Below, piece by piece: positions 13,900-27,539 of a DNA stretch of 64,000 bases (position 1 is its first letter; each line of letters begins with the position of its first letter). Source of the stretch: Eledone cirrhosa. Taxonomy: Eukaryota. The notes under the pieces were generated by a model. That model saw only the letters and a list, made by a program, of their open reading frames with translations, had not been told where the DNA came from and did no database searches. Position numbers and translations under genes: made by a program. The stretch lies in the NCBI GenBank assembly GCA_964016885.1, contig OZ024750.1, positions 49,848,001-49,912,000 on the forward strand, read 5' to 3'.

Positions 13900-15060
13900 A
13901 TACATGATGGTTACCCGCCTCGTTATCGCGTATGACCATTGCACGAAAAAAAACATAATAACGACAATACTGATAATAACAATAATAATAATAATAAAAT
14001 ACACACACACACACACAAACAAACACAAACACACACACAAACACACACACACACACACACACACCCACCCACCCAAACACACACACACACCAACTCGTGA
14101 AAACCCTATATAGTGCTGCGGTCGAATGTGGCTTTTTAGACCAGTCAATGATCTAAAATATCTTGCACAGAGTTGGCAACCAAAACGCTCACTGGGAATA
14201 GCCGGCTGCGGTTGGAGTTCATGTACTTGTGCATGTCGTTTGCGACCCCCTGCTGATTTACACTCTCTTCCACATGCTTGGCAGGCATAATGAGTAACAT
14301 CTTCATCAGCAGCCTGGTAGTCAACCACTGGTCTCACTTTATAACTGCCAAGATGACTTTGTGACTCCAGCTTTGCTGAGGCAGTGTCTGGCATAGACGC
14401 TGCATGTCAGCGCCATAGGAGGACCTTCGTTGTCTGGAAATGCATCAGTACCGCTCATCCTCACATCCAGCTTTACATTTTCGTATGCGATTCGAGATGC
14501 CTCAAAAGCAACTTTCCCCCCATATACTGTCTTTCTCCATTTATTACGATCAGTAGCAACATACATTTAAATGTTTCCTAAGACAGAAAGTAAGGATATA
14601 CCTATGTTGTTCCCACAATCATTCCGGTTACCCTTTCCCTTGTACACGACAACCATTACTCTATCCCTCCAGTCCTCAGATACGGATTCACTAGCCCATA
14701 TCCTGCCAAGCAAAGAGTGAAGATGTTGCAGGAGTCTCTCACCACCATATTGTAGGAGCTCTGCATGTATGCCGTTCATACCTGGAGCCCTTCCACTGTT
14801 CAGCATCGAGATATCTACTGCAACCTCCACAAGCGCCGGTGGTTCTTCGAGAGCTACTTTCACAGGTTTTTCAGGAATGAGATTGAGGAAATCCTCATTG
14901 ACAACAGACGGCTAATTCAAAAGTTCATCAAAGTGATCTCGCCACCTTCGCAGAATCCCCTGTGAGTCACGAAGAAGTTCCTTGCCCTCCTTGCTTCAAA
15001 GCAGTGTCACCAGAAAAGAAGACGGTCCTTAAACTTCACGCAAGAGACTGTACAACAGCT
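13900..15060 (-). mobile_element. Internally deleted RTE-clade LINE
   Basis: LNSGRAPGMNGIHAELLQYGG..VYKGKGNRNDCGNNIGISLLSVLG (RT start) joined to ATDRNKWRK and C2H2 fingers CQACGREC..H and CQLCARYF..H. Confidence 0.85.
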
Positions 15061-15127
15061 TTGTGCTATTGGAGTCTGATGCACTTATCCTTCATCTGAG
15101 ACAGACTACATCTCATATAAATATATA

Positions 15128-15333
15128 TAGGAAAAGAGTCAGGACCCGGACGACTGAGCTCCCGCCGTTTCGACAGCTAGATCCGAAGTCGGATGTCTAA
15201 TCTAACTGTCTAAACGGCTGGAGATCAGCCGTCGGGGTCCTGACTTGTTTCCTATTGCCCACTCTATTACACTAAGTTTCGACTACTTTGCTGCGTTATA
15301 GTCCACCTGGTTCTTTACCACACTTTTGTTGTT
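15128..15333. mobile_element. Fold-back pLTR-like unit with half-hammerhead; family of 44755 and 45020
   Basis: Inverted arms around 15190; (g/t)aaacggc..gccGTCgggg motif; tail ctgcgttatagtccacctggttc shared with 44770 and 45035. Confidence 0.75.
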
Positions 15334-15344
15334 ATATATATGCA

Positions 15345-15378
<34 letters not shown>

Positions 15379-15414
15379 AGGGGGGTGCGTGTGTGTGTGT
15401 GAGGGGGGGGGGGG

Positions 15415-15540
15415 GTAAAAGGTAAACAGAAATAACAACACAATCGGTAGAGTATATGGAAGGAATATATTAGGTTAACGCTTGAAATAGGAGAAAGAGA
15501 ATTTACGTTTCGAACTCTAGTCCTTCATATAAATAAATAC
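15415..15540 (-). mobile_element. pLTR-like tail with eroded minimal HHR
   Basis: Minus strand tatatga-a-ggac taga gttc-GAAAC-GUA-aatt; the CUGA part is eroded. Confidence 0.4.
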
Positions 15541-15675
15541 ATATATATATATATATATATACTAGATTTCACAAATAATGAGTAATTTTCTGTTACGAAT
15601 GAGATTATATAGTGAAACACAATTTCTAGTAAATGAACATTATATTTAGTAGGTTTCCCTAATAGAATTATCTTG

Positions 15676-15751
<76 letters not shown>

Positions 15752-16489
15752 CTATATCTATATATATCTATATCTGTATATATATGTATATATGTATGTA
15801 TGTGTGTTATCGTTTTACAAACCGAACCACCAGTTCTACCTGTCGGTAAACAAACTAACATAAATGAAATATAAACATATATATAGTTTTGAATGAATGG
15901 TCCGTTCTTTTGTGTGCGTCTGTCTGTATTCTGCTAGAAATATATACAAAAATACGATTTTAATTGAGAAATGATAAATGAAAACAATTAGGGTAGCGGT
16001 CATTATGAAAACGTCGTGTTTATCAACAGAAAACGGATTGCATAGATGGTTGATGTCCTTACTTGACGGAAGTAATCTGAGCAATATAAGACCAATGAAA
16101 CTCTTTGCATCCAGTCAATTTAATAGTTGTCTGAATGTTAACTTAATAGATATCGTACCATTTCATCTGTTATGTTTTATAAAGTGTTGTAACACGCACA
16201 AAAACTAAAAATAGATAAAGAAATAAAATAGAAAAAAAAAATCTATTTATCAAAGCAAGATCAAAAACGCTTTTATATATTTCAATCATTTGTCTAGGTT
16301 GTAAACGAATTCTTGTCTGAAAATTAAGTTTCTTCAGATTAGATTATTTCTGAACGCTGGTTATATTTATCAGCTATTAACGGTTCATCGCTTTACGATT
16401 CTTACTTAAACTCCTAAATTTCTGAAAAGGACATACGCCATATATATATATATATATATGTATGTATACGTATAGGAATATATATATAT

Positions 16490-16582
<93 letters not shown>

Positions 16583-17299
16583 AGTGTGTGAATGGGGCAC
16601 GTTTGTATATATAAATATATATATATGTATATATGTGTGTATGTGTATGTATTGGTGTATGTGTGTGTATGTGTGTGTGACTGTGGGACTATGTGTGTAT
16701 TTGTTTCATACCCCTTCGTACATTTTCTCTCGCTTTTGAAGAGATCTACCGTAGCTAAAGCCTGAATAAAATTGTTCTACGCTAGAACTACATTAATACG
16801 AGAAGTGAATAAACAGTTTTTCAGTAAAAGATGAAAACACTTGGAAAATTCTATCCATTTTCATATATTAACTTCATTTCTTTTGACTTGAATGTAATTG
16901 CTTTCACATTCAATGTTAAGTAATGAAATAGTAAACGGAATAATAAAAATAGAGAATAACTGTCTTTGGGTGTTTGGTAATGGTAGTGACTTTATTTCTA
17001 TTTGGCTAGTGAACGGGAACAGCAACAACAAGTAATATATTTAAGCAAATAAATAAATATATAATAATGAGTTCATTTATTCGCCACAAGGACCGACAAA
17101 TAGGGGACAAAACAACTGACTGGGACAGTGGGGTTTTACAGAAAAATCGAGTAAACAATATGAATAATAATAACACAGTAACAATAAAAATACAAGAAAA
17201 ATTCCCCAATAGGGGGGATGACCACCCAGGGTTCTGTCAGGTACCCCACCAATCCCGAACGATCCGACGCTTCGTGGGCACCCTGGATGGGCACCCCTC

Positions 17300-20200
17300 T
17301 CCTCCTCAATTTTACCCACCTACAGGCGCAAGAGCATTCTCGCCACATTCACCCACCTTTCAGCAAAATTAAACTGGGGGGCAGCACCTCTCTCTACACT
17401 CTCACCTTCCTTTCCAAGTGAAACTTGTAAAAGTTGATGAGGGTTGGCCGAAGAGAAAAGTGTCTGTCTTCAGTCCTTTTAACCTCGTCCACCATACAAC
17501 CACTTTCGCTACTGTCACTAGAGAGAGGAACATTGCCTGCACTTCCTGGCCAAAGGAAAGAGGCGGGTTGATCTTCACAATGGACTCGGCCGATAGCCGA
17601 ATACGTTCTCCACGCGACAACAGCTGTTCGACATAACTCCACAAGTCAGTAATGCACGGACACTGGACGACTGCGTGCAGAACGGTTCGACGGTCTACGC
17701 GCATCTCGGGCAGGTTCGTCTGACAGCACTTCCGTGCCTGTAGAGTTTATCGCGAACCGGCACTGCCCCCGCTAGTACTGCCAAGTGAGGGATTTTGGGA
17801 AATTATCCATCGTCCCCGGCTCGAAATTCCTCCGAAACAGACTGGTTAGTTCGACTTCGTCGACTCCCAGAGCCTCTCCGAGAGCGCCGTCGCACTTACC
17901 CACCACTAATCCTCTATAGAACTCGAGTGTGGAAGTTCCACCGAACGCATTGACCGGCTGGTAGAGGGCAGTGAGTTACTGGCAACATTCCAGACGCCAG
18001 TCACCCTGTCTCGGTCTCTTCTTGACCCAGGACTGCAGCTCAGTCAAAGAAACGAGCTAAGGAAAGGCCCGTCTGACAAACGGCGACCACACCTGTTCAC
18101 CGTTTAGTCAGAATATCTGGAGATGCTGCAGCCTCAGCGCGTGTATGCGCATCATTAGCTACGGCATGCCCAGCCCTCCACGTAGAGTCTGCTGGCAGCA
18201 GAAAGACCGTCTCACCTGCGGAATCTGACCCCTCCACAAGAATTTGAAGAGGAGCCGCTCCAAGATGGCAAGGCTCGAACGGAGGCAATGGACGACAGTC
18301 AGACGGTAGTAGATGACGGACGCAATGTACGCGTTCGTCAACTCCGCCCGACCTTTCAGTGAGAGCTTCCTCCCAGCCCATTTCTGGGTGAGACTGGCTA
18401 CTCTGCCCGTCACCTCGTCCAAATTCTTATCCACCTGGAGGTCTGGCCCGAACCACACCCCGAACAACTTTACAGGTATGTCCGTCCAGCGACTAACGAC
18501 GCTGTTGGACGGTATGCACTTTCCTCTCCAGGTGCCGAGTTGCAAGCTCACCGACTTCTCCGGGTTAAGTTTTGCTTACGTCAACCTTTCAGATTCATCC
18601 AATAAATTGCCGACCACCTAGATTTCTGAGGTGTCCAAGACCATCACGGTGATTTCGTCCGCACAAGCCGACATAGCCTTTCCGCGTGCCTGTTCGAGCG
18701 GGATGCCCTGCAACAGCTCCAGCTTCCGCAGTAAAGGCTCGAGAGTCAATACATATATAAGGGGGGAGCGAGGGCACACTTGACGGACCGATCGGGAGAC
18801 CTTAAACGGTTCCAGGAGGAGGCCATTAATTTTGACCCCCGAGCAGGTGCCGCTGTTCATTGCAGCGATCCAGCTTCTGAAGGAGGGGTCGAAGCCAGCC
18901 GCATTGAGGACAGCCTCCAGGTTACGATGGTCGACCCTATCGAATTATCTCGATTGATATAAATTGATCAGAGCCCCACAGTAACCAGGTTTACACCCTA
19001 CCCTCTCTATGATGTATCGACGACAAGCGCCAACATCTTCGCTAACATCCTGGCCAAAATCTTAAAATCATAGTTGAGCAGAGTTATGAGCCTGACATTT
19101 TCTAATGTGTCCCTCTTGTTCTCGTCTTTCCTTATCAGCGTTACTACGCCCGACTCACAGAACTGGGAATACTCCCGTGTTGCTGCCAGTTGCAGTAGAG
19201 CGCTTCGAGCAGATTGGAGAACAAGTCTGGCATATTTACGTAAAGCTCGTATGGCAGACCATCCAAACCGGGTGACTTGCGCCTCATGCAGCCGACAAGG
19301 GCATCCTGAATCTGGCCCAGCGTCGGCCGTCGTTAGTTGCGGCAAGCCATCGGTGTAGGGACTGAATTCCGCCACCGAACAACCGAGCAACATTTTGGCG
19401 AAAGGCCTCACACATCCGCTTGGAATCGCTCAGCTCGTGTCCGTCTCGGTCCGTCAAAGACGGAATCGTGGTTTTATTACCACGCTGTGCCTCTGCCACC
19501 GGGCCCATCGAACAGCTTTGGTTCCCTCGCTTCTTAGAGCCAGGCGCCATAACTCTGACAATGCAAACCTTCGTGTTTCACATTGAAGAAATTGACTAAT
19601 GCCATTCTCGCCGCTAGCACTTTAGTCGCAATGCCACTACCAATAGCCTCATCTAACTTATCTACCAACTACCCCTCCTTTCTATTTTTCTCTTTGCTAA
19701 TCTCTATCGACATTATTCTAATCATTCTTTTGAGAGCCCCCCACCATCTATTGTTGACGATCCCCCTGTCAACTTTTTCTTAAGTAAATTGTTGACCTGG
19801 TACCTGTAAGCCTTACGTGCCGGAAATGACATGTTTAACTTCCAGTAACCAGGTCGTAACCTACGCGTCTTATCTAGGTTGACCATACAGATGCCAAACT
19901 TGTTATGTGAATAGGCGACCGTTTTAAAACGTGGACAGCTTACACTATTTCTGTCTATTTTCCTAATGAATATCCTGTCTATATACGATCTAGATGACCC
20001 TATGCGGATAGTCTAATTCCACACTGGCGCATTAGGGAAATCTAGTCGGTACCTGTCAGACAGTTGGAACTGGCTGATCAAGTTCTTGAGGCTTTTGCAC
20101 CCCCCGCTCCTATCGGATACTCCCACACAATCCCAGCGTGCGTCTAAGATGCCGTTCCAGTCTCCCGCTAACAGTAAAGGGCGAGACGTATCCAGAAAGG

Positions 20201-20572
20201 CTTCCAGGCGTCTAAAGAAGTCCGGCCCCCCTGCCCCAGTAGACAGCCACCTGTCTAAAGGCACCACCTTCGTTATTGTTCACGTCCAGGACCACCATCT
20301 TCCCGTCCGGGTCCCGGAAGTTCGACCTTACCTCGAGATCCAGGCCATTCCTAAACAACATTGCCACCTCACCTCCCATTCCCGGCCGACTAACAGATGC
20401 AAAGATCTGATAGTCGTTGAAAATGGAGGCTAGTGCGCGCGTGTCAGAAATCCTGGTCTCGTTGACGGCAATTACATCCATTTCTAGAGACGTGAGGTCA
20501 TTGAGCAGGTGACCCTGCTTCCAGGACGATCCCAGGCCTCGAACATTTAAACTTCCTACTTAATACAGCCAT
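17300..20572 (-). pseudogene. Tx1 ORF2 (AP endonuclease, RT, CCHC) with many frameshifts
   Basis: SLNVRGLG, DVIAVNETR, LLLAGDWNGILD, RLITLLNYDFKILA, VRQVCPRSP, ACADEITV, VKLFGVWF, GGLGMP, TVLHAVVQCP. Confidence 0.88.
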
Positions 20573-20599
20573 GTTGGCAGATTAAAAGAAAAAGAGGAA

Positions 20600-22660
20600 A
20601 TGTTTACTTACCTTCCGGGCACTTCTGAAGGTCGGGTGGTTCGACCTCCAGAGTTGGTGTGGTTTCTTTTGGGAACCCCTTTAAAAGTCTAGAAGTGGGT
20701 TTTACGTTCGGGGTTCCCAGGTCCCGAGGAAAGCTGCCTCGTATCTCTTTGTATAAATCGAGCGACATTCGCACCAGAAACAAATCTTCCGGCACGCAAA
20801 ATGTGCTCGATTTAAAAATGTCCCACTCTTTTTGTATATTTTCACTTCGTGCTACGAAGGCCATCAACTCCTTGTTGGCCCTCCTGACGAGCATGAAATG
20901 TAGTATGTTTTATTGGTGTGATTTTATTTGTTTACGTGGCTGTGGTGGTGATGGTTTTGATGGTGTTGTTTCGGTTGTGTCTGTGTTTGTTGTGAGTGCA
21001 GTGTCTGTGGTTTCAGATGTTTGTATGTGTATTTGTTCTTGTGTCTGTTTAGGATGTTTGCGTTTGGGGGATCATGGTGATGGTGATGGTGGTGTTGATG
21101 TTGGTGTTATAGGAGAGATGTTTGCGTGGGCGGTGTCTGCATTTTTTATTGTGGGTTATTTTGTGCTTTGTGGATTTTATTTTCCTTTTTGTGTTTCCTT
21201 TTTTGTATATTGGGGGATTTGGGTTTTCCCTCATCTTCACTACTGGTAGATGAGGGGTCTGTATCTGTAAGTGTGTCTGTGTGTGTGTTTATGTTTTTAT
21301 TGATTTGTGTATTTTTGGGGGGAGGGGGAATTTGACAACTTTCCTCGTTTCCCCCCTGGGTGCTCAATGTTGGCGGTGGTCTTTCTATTGGTGTTGTTGT
21401 TGGTGGTCTTTCCGGTGCTGGTGTTGGTTGTGGTCCTCTCCCCGGCGTCGGCAGTAGTGGTGCCCTTCGACCCCTTGCATCTTTCGGCAGAAGGCTCGCA
21501 AATGGGTTTTTTCACCACAAACAAAACAATGCGGCCATTTGCCCTCGGTCATAATATGAATGACCGTCCCATTCTGAAGGCGAATGTGGTCCGGGATTGT
21601 CTTCATGTTCTCGGCCCTGATCTGGAGAAGTATCTCCAGGTCAACCCCAAATCAGTCCTCTCTTGCCGTTCTTGGCACTTCTATCCGGACGGTATCCGTC
21701 CCCTCCACAATCACACATCCCAGAAGCCACCACATGTCAAGTCCTGGTGGGATTCTGGGAATGCGGAGACGGGCCGTTCTTTTTCCTATGCGTGTGTGTG
21801 TGGGGGGGGGGTGTACATTATGACCTTGCTGGTTTTGCAAGGAGTCATAGCGTGTTTCATAGCGAGGGCCTCTGACTTGAACATCATCGAAATCGTGCTC
21901 TACTGTCTTCCCTCGCTATGTATTCGGTGTCATCTCTGATGCACCTTAGCGCGACTTCGACATCTTCTTGTGGAATTAAAGCTGCCCTTTTGGTTTGTGA
22001 CGAGATGCATCTATAATGCACCGTTCTGCGCTCCACTGTCTCAATAGCTTCTACCGGTACAGTTAAGTTGGCCCAGGTTTGCTCTTGCTTGATGAGCTTC
22101 CAGGCCTGGGCCAACTTTTCATCTTTGTTTGAGAGGTCCAGGTTGAAGTATGGCATCTGTTTTCCTGCTGCCGCAGCGAAAGTGTTCTTCTTGTCGTTGG
22201 GGGTATTGTTGTTGTTGTCGCTGTTCTTGTTGATGTTGTTGTTATCACTGTCACTGTTATCATTGTTGTCTGTGGTGCCGACGTTGTTCGCGTTTCAGTA
22301 GGTATTGTTGTTGTTGGTGTCGCTATTTGTTTTCATGTTAGTGGTGTTGATATTGCTGTTGCATTTGTCATCATTTCTGTTATCTGTATTTTCGTTGTCG
22401 CTGTTACTGTCATTTCTTTTTCAAAATTAGAGTTCTCAGTTTTGTTATCATTGTTGTCTTTGTTCACATTGTTTGTGGTGGTGTTTTTTGTTTCAATTTC
22501 TGTTAATATCGCCGTAGCGCTCCTCTCAACTTCTACATCGTTGTCGCACGACTGCAGACATATCGCTGGGGGGGCGTGGCTCAGCCATGTATTTTGTTTT
22601 TTCGATAATTTGTTTAAAATGTAAAAGAATTCAAATAAGTGGGCCAAAAGGTCCAACTAT
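20600..22660 (-). pseudogene. Tx1 ORF1 (gag-like, low-complexity T/N-rich), disrupted
   Basis: ORF fragments at 21884-22156, 21652-21840 and 21385-21606 (zinc knuckle), upstream of ORF2. Confidence 0.7.
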
Positions 22661-22794
22661 TATTATTTCCCCTTCACAGGGCAAAGTACAAGGGCTTGTA
22701 TGCCTTACACAACAACAAAAAATTCAATAAATATGTTTTGACAGGTAAATAGATAAACTTACAGGGGCGAGCACAAAGACGTCCGTTCAGGCTC

Positions 22795-22830
<36 letters not shown>

Positions 22831-22831
<1 letters not shown>

Positions 22832-25303
22832 TACATGCCCCATGGATAGAGAGACAAATGAAAGATACAGCTCACCTTGACGAACAAACATGGGAAAAAA
22901 ATAACAGTTGAACAGTTGCGTTTGGCTTTGAGAAAAACCAGCAAATGGAAATCCCCAGGAAAAGACAAAATACCAAATGTTTGGATAAATGCTTTCAGAG
23001 TCTCATGAGCTGTTAGCCCAACTTTATAATGAAATGGTTAAGGAGCCAGAAAAGATACCATCATGGCTAGTTAACAGCACTACATTTCTACTTCCGAAGA
23101 ATGATGAGACAAACAATCCCAAAAATTACAGACCGATAACTTGCTTGACCACAATGTATAAAATGTTAACATCAGTCCTAACTGAATATACATATGATCA
23201 CCTGATAACAAATGATCTATTTCCCAATGAGCAGAAAGGGTGTAAACGAGGCTCTTATGGTTGTAAAGATCAGCTTTTGGTTAACAAAGTGATACTGGAA
23301 GACTATCATAATAGACACAAACATATATCAATTGCTTGGATAGATTACAAAAAAGCATTCGATAGTTTGCCACAGTTAGACAGAAAAATGTTTAGAGATG
23401 TTCAAAATATCTCCCGTTGTCAGGAGGTTCCTGTCATTCAGTATGAAAAGATGGAAAACGAAACTCCTTTTGTATAGTGAAAAAGAATCACTGGAAGCTG
23501 GAGAAGTTAATATCAATTGTGGATTATTTCAGCGTGAATCTTTATCACCGCTTTTATTCTGCAACCCATTTATACCATTAAGTAAAATGCTCAATGAAAT
23601 AAAACATGCATATAAATTCTATGACAAAACCATTAATCATTTGATCTACATGGATGATCTGAAACTATTTGTAAAAATTGATGAACAATTGCAAGGGCTT
23701 TTATCCGCTGTGGAGTAGTTCAGTGATGACATTAAAATGGAGGTTGGACTAGATAAATGCGCCAAAGCAACGTTCACCAGAGGAAAGCTGCTGAAAAGTT
23801 CAGACATTAATCTTAATCGGAGGAACGTGATAAGAGAACTTGATCAAGAGGAAACTTACAAATATCTAGGTGTTTGTGAAGGAAACGGAATCAAGCACAC
23901 GACAATGAGGGAAAGAATAAGGAAGGAATTTTACCGCAGAATAAGGGCAATCTTAAGAAGTCAATTGAATGCAAGGAAGAGGATCGATGCCATAAACACG
24001 TAACCTACAGTTACAATATCATCAATTGGTGAAGCAGAGAAATCCGTAGGCTCGATACAAAAATTAGAAAATTATTAACCATGCACAGAATGCATCACCC
24101 TAAGGCAGATATAGATAGAATATATCTCCCTAGGAAAGGAGGACTTGGGTTAATCCAGTTAGATATTGCGTTGAATCCTGAAACAAATGGATTATCTACA
24201 TATCTAAGGGAATCACAAACTCGTTTTGAAACACGAAAGCAGCAAAAGATCATACTCCTTTGCAAAAGATGCACAAAGTTACAGTAATGAACTACACATT
24301 TCAGAAGTTCCATTTACTGCTGAAATCAAAATCACAGAAAAAGCAAAGCAGGTAAAAGTAACTGCAAATAAAGAACTGCTACAGAAAAGGGCTAAGAAAT
24401 GGCAAGAAAAGCCTCTGTATGGAAAATACCCAGAAAGAGCTAACAATCCTGATGTTGACAAAACTTTAAACCATCAGTGGTTGGCATCCTCTGGACTGAA
24501 AGCGGAGACTGACGGACTAATTATATCAGCACACAACCAGTGTCTGCCAACAAAAATTTACCAAGTCAACACAATAAAAAATGGATGGAACCCATTATGC
24601 CGTGTATGTAAAAAGCAACCAGAGACCATTGACCATATAATTTCAATGTGCAGTCCTATAGTTCCAACCGAACACTTAAACAGGCACGACAGAGCTGCAC
24701 AATATATACATTGGATAATGTCTAAGCATTTTGACCTGCCCCATCAAAAGAATTGGTGGGAACATCAACCTCCCGTACTTGAAAAAGATCACATCTCAAT
24801 CTTGTTGAACTTCAGCTTCCAAACAGACCGAAACATAGATGCAAATAGACCTTATATAATACTGAAGGACTTTAAAAAGAGGGTATGCCTGCTAATTGAT
24901 ATGTCCGTTCCAATAGACAAGAACGTATCTGTAAAAACATTTGAAAAATTGAACAAGTATAAGGACCTGGAGATAGAGGTTGGAAAAATGTGGAAATTGA
25001 GAACTAAAAAAGTACCAGTGGTTTTAGGCGCCCTAGGAATGATACCTAAGGGGTCTAATGATTACTTATCGCAAATCCCAGGAAACGCGCGTATAGGAGA
25101 AATACAAAAGATAGTACTAATGGTAACTGCCGATATACTAAGGAAGATTCTGACAATATAAGTAAATCACAAGTCTAAACACCTAAAGATGCATGTGTGT
25201 GTATGTATGTTCTTTCTTGAATATGGCGGACCTCGTTGTCTCTTGAGGTCACTGGTTGTAACTTGGTGATAACTCGTATGAACATAAAGCAACATAAATG
25301 CAA
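22831..25303 (+). mobile_element. 5'-truncated R4/Dong LINE (RT, CCHC, RLE), frameshifted
   Basis: NYRPITCL, WIDYKKAFDS, YMDDLKLF, CRVC..HIISMC, RHD, LIDMSVP..KYKDL; starts at (AAT)n; homologous to 58936-62875. Confidence 0.92.
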
Positions 25304-25323
25304 CTATAGTAATAATATTGAAT

Positions 25324-25356
<33 letters not shown>

Positions 25357-25569
25357 TTGTGATGTGATGATAATGAAGAAGAAATAAGTAATTGTATTTG
25401 TCAGATTATTAGTATTATTATATATAACGCGAGAATTTGTCTTCATATAGTAAGTTTTAGAGATAAGAGTGCAATGTTGTTAAAATAAAGTACCACTTAA
25501 TAAAATAATGTACAGGGCGTAATATAATGGACTTTCCACCAACTTCTTAGCTTGAGGTTAAATTAAAAA

Positions 25570-25757
25570 TCATTGGCAGTATCGGTAGGGGGTCGGACGC
25601 CATGCTTTGACGCATAGAGTTACGGCCCTTGCCATTGTGAGTTCTAATCCCTCTGAGGTTAACTTTGCCTTTCATCCTTACGGGGTCGATAAAATAAAGT
25701 ACCAGTAATGTACTGGATAATTGTTGGCCTTGTGCCAATAGTAGTAACAATTATTAG
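25570..25757 (+). mobile_element. tRNA-derived SINE
   Basis: ttggcagtatcggtag..gagttctaatc..gcctttcatccttacggggtcgataaaataaagtaccag..ggccttgtgccaa; multiple copies in the window. Confidence 0.8.
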
Positions 25758-25874
25758 TATTTTTATTGTTTTGACTAGACGCCAAAGCATTTCACTCGTA
25801 CCCTAATTTATGAACCCCGGAATGATGAAAAATAAGCTAAACCTGGGATCGATATAATAATGAACCCTTCAAAT

Positions 25875-26352
25875 ACACACACACATATATTTGTTGTTAA
25901 AGAGTCATTTCTCAATCTTGGCGCAAAACCAATTTGTTATTCACATGACCTCTACCGAGCAATCAAAATTGTTTTGACCACAAAAATTTTGCTGGAGCCA
26001 CTTTTTTAACATAAAAACAGTCTTGGCGCAAAATCAATTTTTTACATTCACATGACCTCTACCGACCAATCAAATTTGTTTTGACCACAAGAATTTTTGC
26101 AACACCAAAGTAACGCTGGGGCCACTTTTTTAACATAAACACAGGTAGAATTCCCAAAACTAATCAGATCAGAGCAAACAGCACGGACACTCTATCTCAA
26201 AATTATTTTTGAAAAGCATTTAGAAATGCGCAACCGGTAAAAACTTAAAAACACAACTGAATACTAACCCATACAATCACTAATACTCTTTTATTCCTAA
26301 TTAAACCATTTTTCAGCTGTGAACAATTTGTCAGCATTTTCTATTCCGTTTA

Positions 26353-26357
<5 letters not shown>
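25875..26357 (+). mobile_element. Second copy of the 1500-1996 element, with variant HHR-like motif at 26206-26242
   Basis: High identity to 1500-1996 including ttgaaaagcatttagaaatgcgcaaccggta; ends at (TA)n. Confidence 0.8.
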
Positions 26358-26406
<49 letters not shown>

Positions 26407-26407
<1 letters not shown>

Positions 26408-27420
26408 GTGGAAAAGTAAGAAATCAGAGAATAGACCGTTAAAACATGTTTATTTAAAATAGCACCTACGTACGTTTCGCCCAGTTGGATTTCTCAAGGG
26501 CATAAATAACCAAAAGTGTTCCTTACATTGCTCGGGAAGAGTTTTGGGGGTTAAATTTACGTCAAGTTTCATTGCTCGCAAAATTAGTTTGTTTTGATTT
26601 TGCAGCAGGTGAAGGGAGGTAACTCTGGCCGTTGTTAGGACAGTCTTTCCCGGACAAATTTCTATCCGTTACAAGATGAGTTTACAACCTTACCATTGTG
26701 AATACGCACAGGGTCATGTAACCAACGCTTATTTTGAGACGGTTGTTTGTCTGGGTCGTTGAGCTTGGGTCTGTTATGCATGGTTAGTTTCCAGGGTGTT
26801 ATTTTGCAGCGCCTGCCCGCCGGGGTTTCAAAAAATTGTGCACGGTTTCACTCCTCATCCTTAACCCATCTGAAGAAGGATATTTTTAAGCGATGTGTAC
26901 AACATATCGTTGTTTCAGCTCTGCTCTTGATGAGCTCGTGGGGTGCAGTTATGATGCGGTAGCGCTCCATGAGGCAAATATCGCACTTCCTCTTGAAGTT
27001 GTACGGTGCAGCCCTGCCAACAATATCCCAGTGCGTGGAGAAGATGATGTTTAAATCCTTTAGTGATGTGATGTAGTCCGCGAGCGAAGTGAAGTGTCTT
27101 AGTTTTTTTTTGTGAAAGAGTGGAGATGTGTTCGAAACCTAATTTTGAACGGGCCGGAGGTAGCCCCTATATAATGTTTAACGCTATTGTGGCTAGTTAG
27201 AGGGCATCTATATATAACCCTATCAGCCAAGGGGGGCAGCTTCTTCTGTGGCGGTTCCATCTATTTCCCACGGTAAGGCTATCATTGTTGCTGCCTACGT
27301 TGTTACCTACACTCCCGCAGGTGTCGTTACCACCATTACAACCCACAACACGCGGGGTGGTGCGATTGTTACAATCGCACCATATATATTTATCTGGTAC
27401 CTTTACCGGTTTCGCTGTTG

Positions 27421-27425
<5 letters not shown>
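26407..27425 (-). mobile_element. PLE 3' fragment (GIY-YIG with CxxC) and pLTR
   Basis: VIYRC..HYIGATSGPFKIRF..TSLADYITSLKD..HWDIVGRAAPY..CDICLMERYRI..CCTH; same type as ORF 27750. Confidence 0.85.
26462..26501 (-). ncRNA. Minimal HHR, U3-A8 variant
   Basis: gccc-UUGAGAA-atcc aact gggc-GAAAC-gtac-GUA-ggtgc; palindromic stem III acgtacgt. Confidence 0.6.
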
Positions 27426-27510
<85 letters not shown>

Positions 27511-27539
27511 ATACTTTGGGAAACGAAATATATATATAT

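Larger units (their letters stand above)
17062..22794 (-). mobile_element. Full-length degenerate L1/Tx1-clade LINE
   Basis: ORF1 with CCHC knuckle CFVCGEKTHLRAFC; ORF2 APE and RT remnants; 3' aataaa near 17075; ATT repeats at both ends. Confidence 0.9.

Noticed and set aside
26870-26940. ctgaaga and ttgatgagctcg motifs (also at 30440-30510)
   Set aside because: They lie within the PLE endonuclease coding end and no consistent stems could be formed
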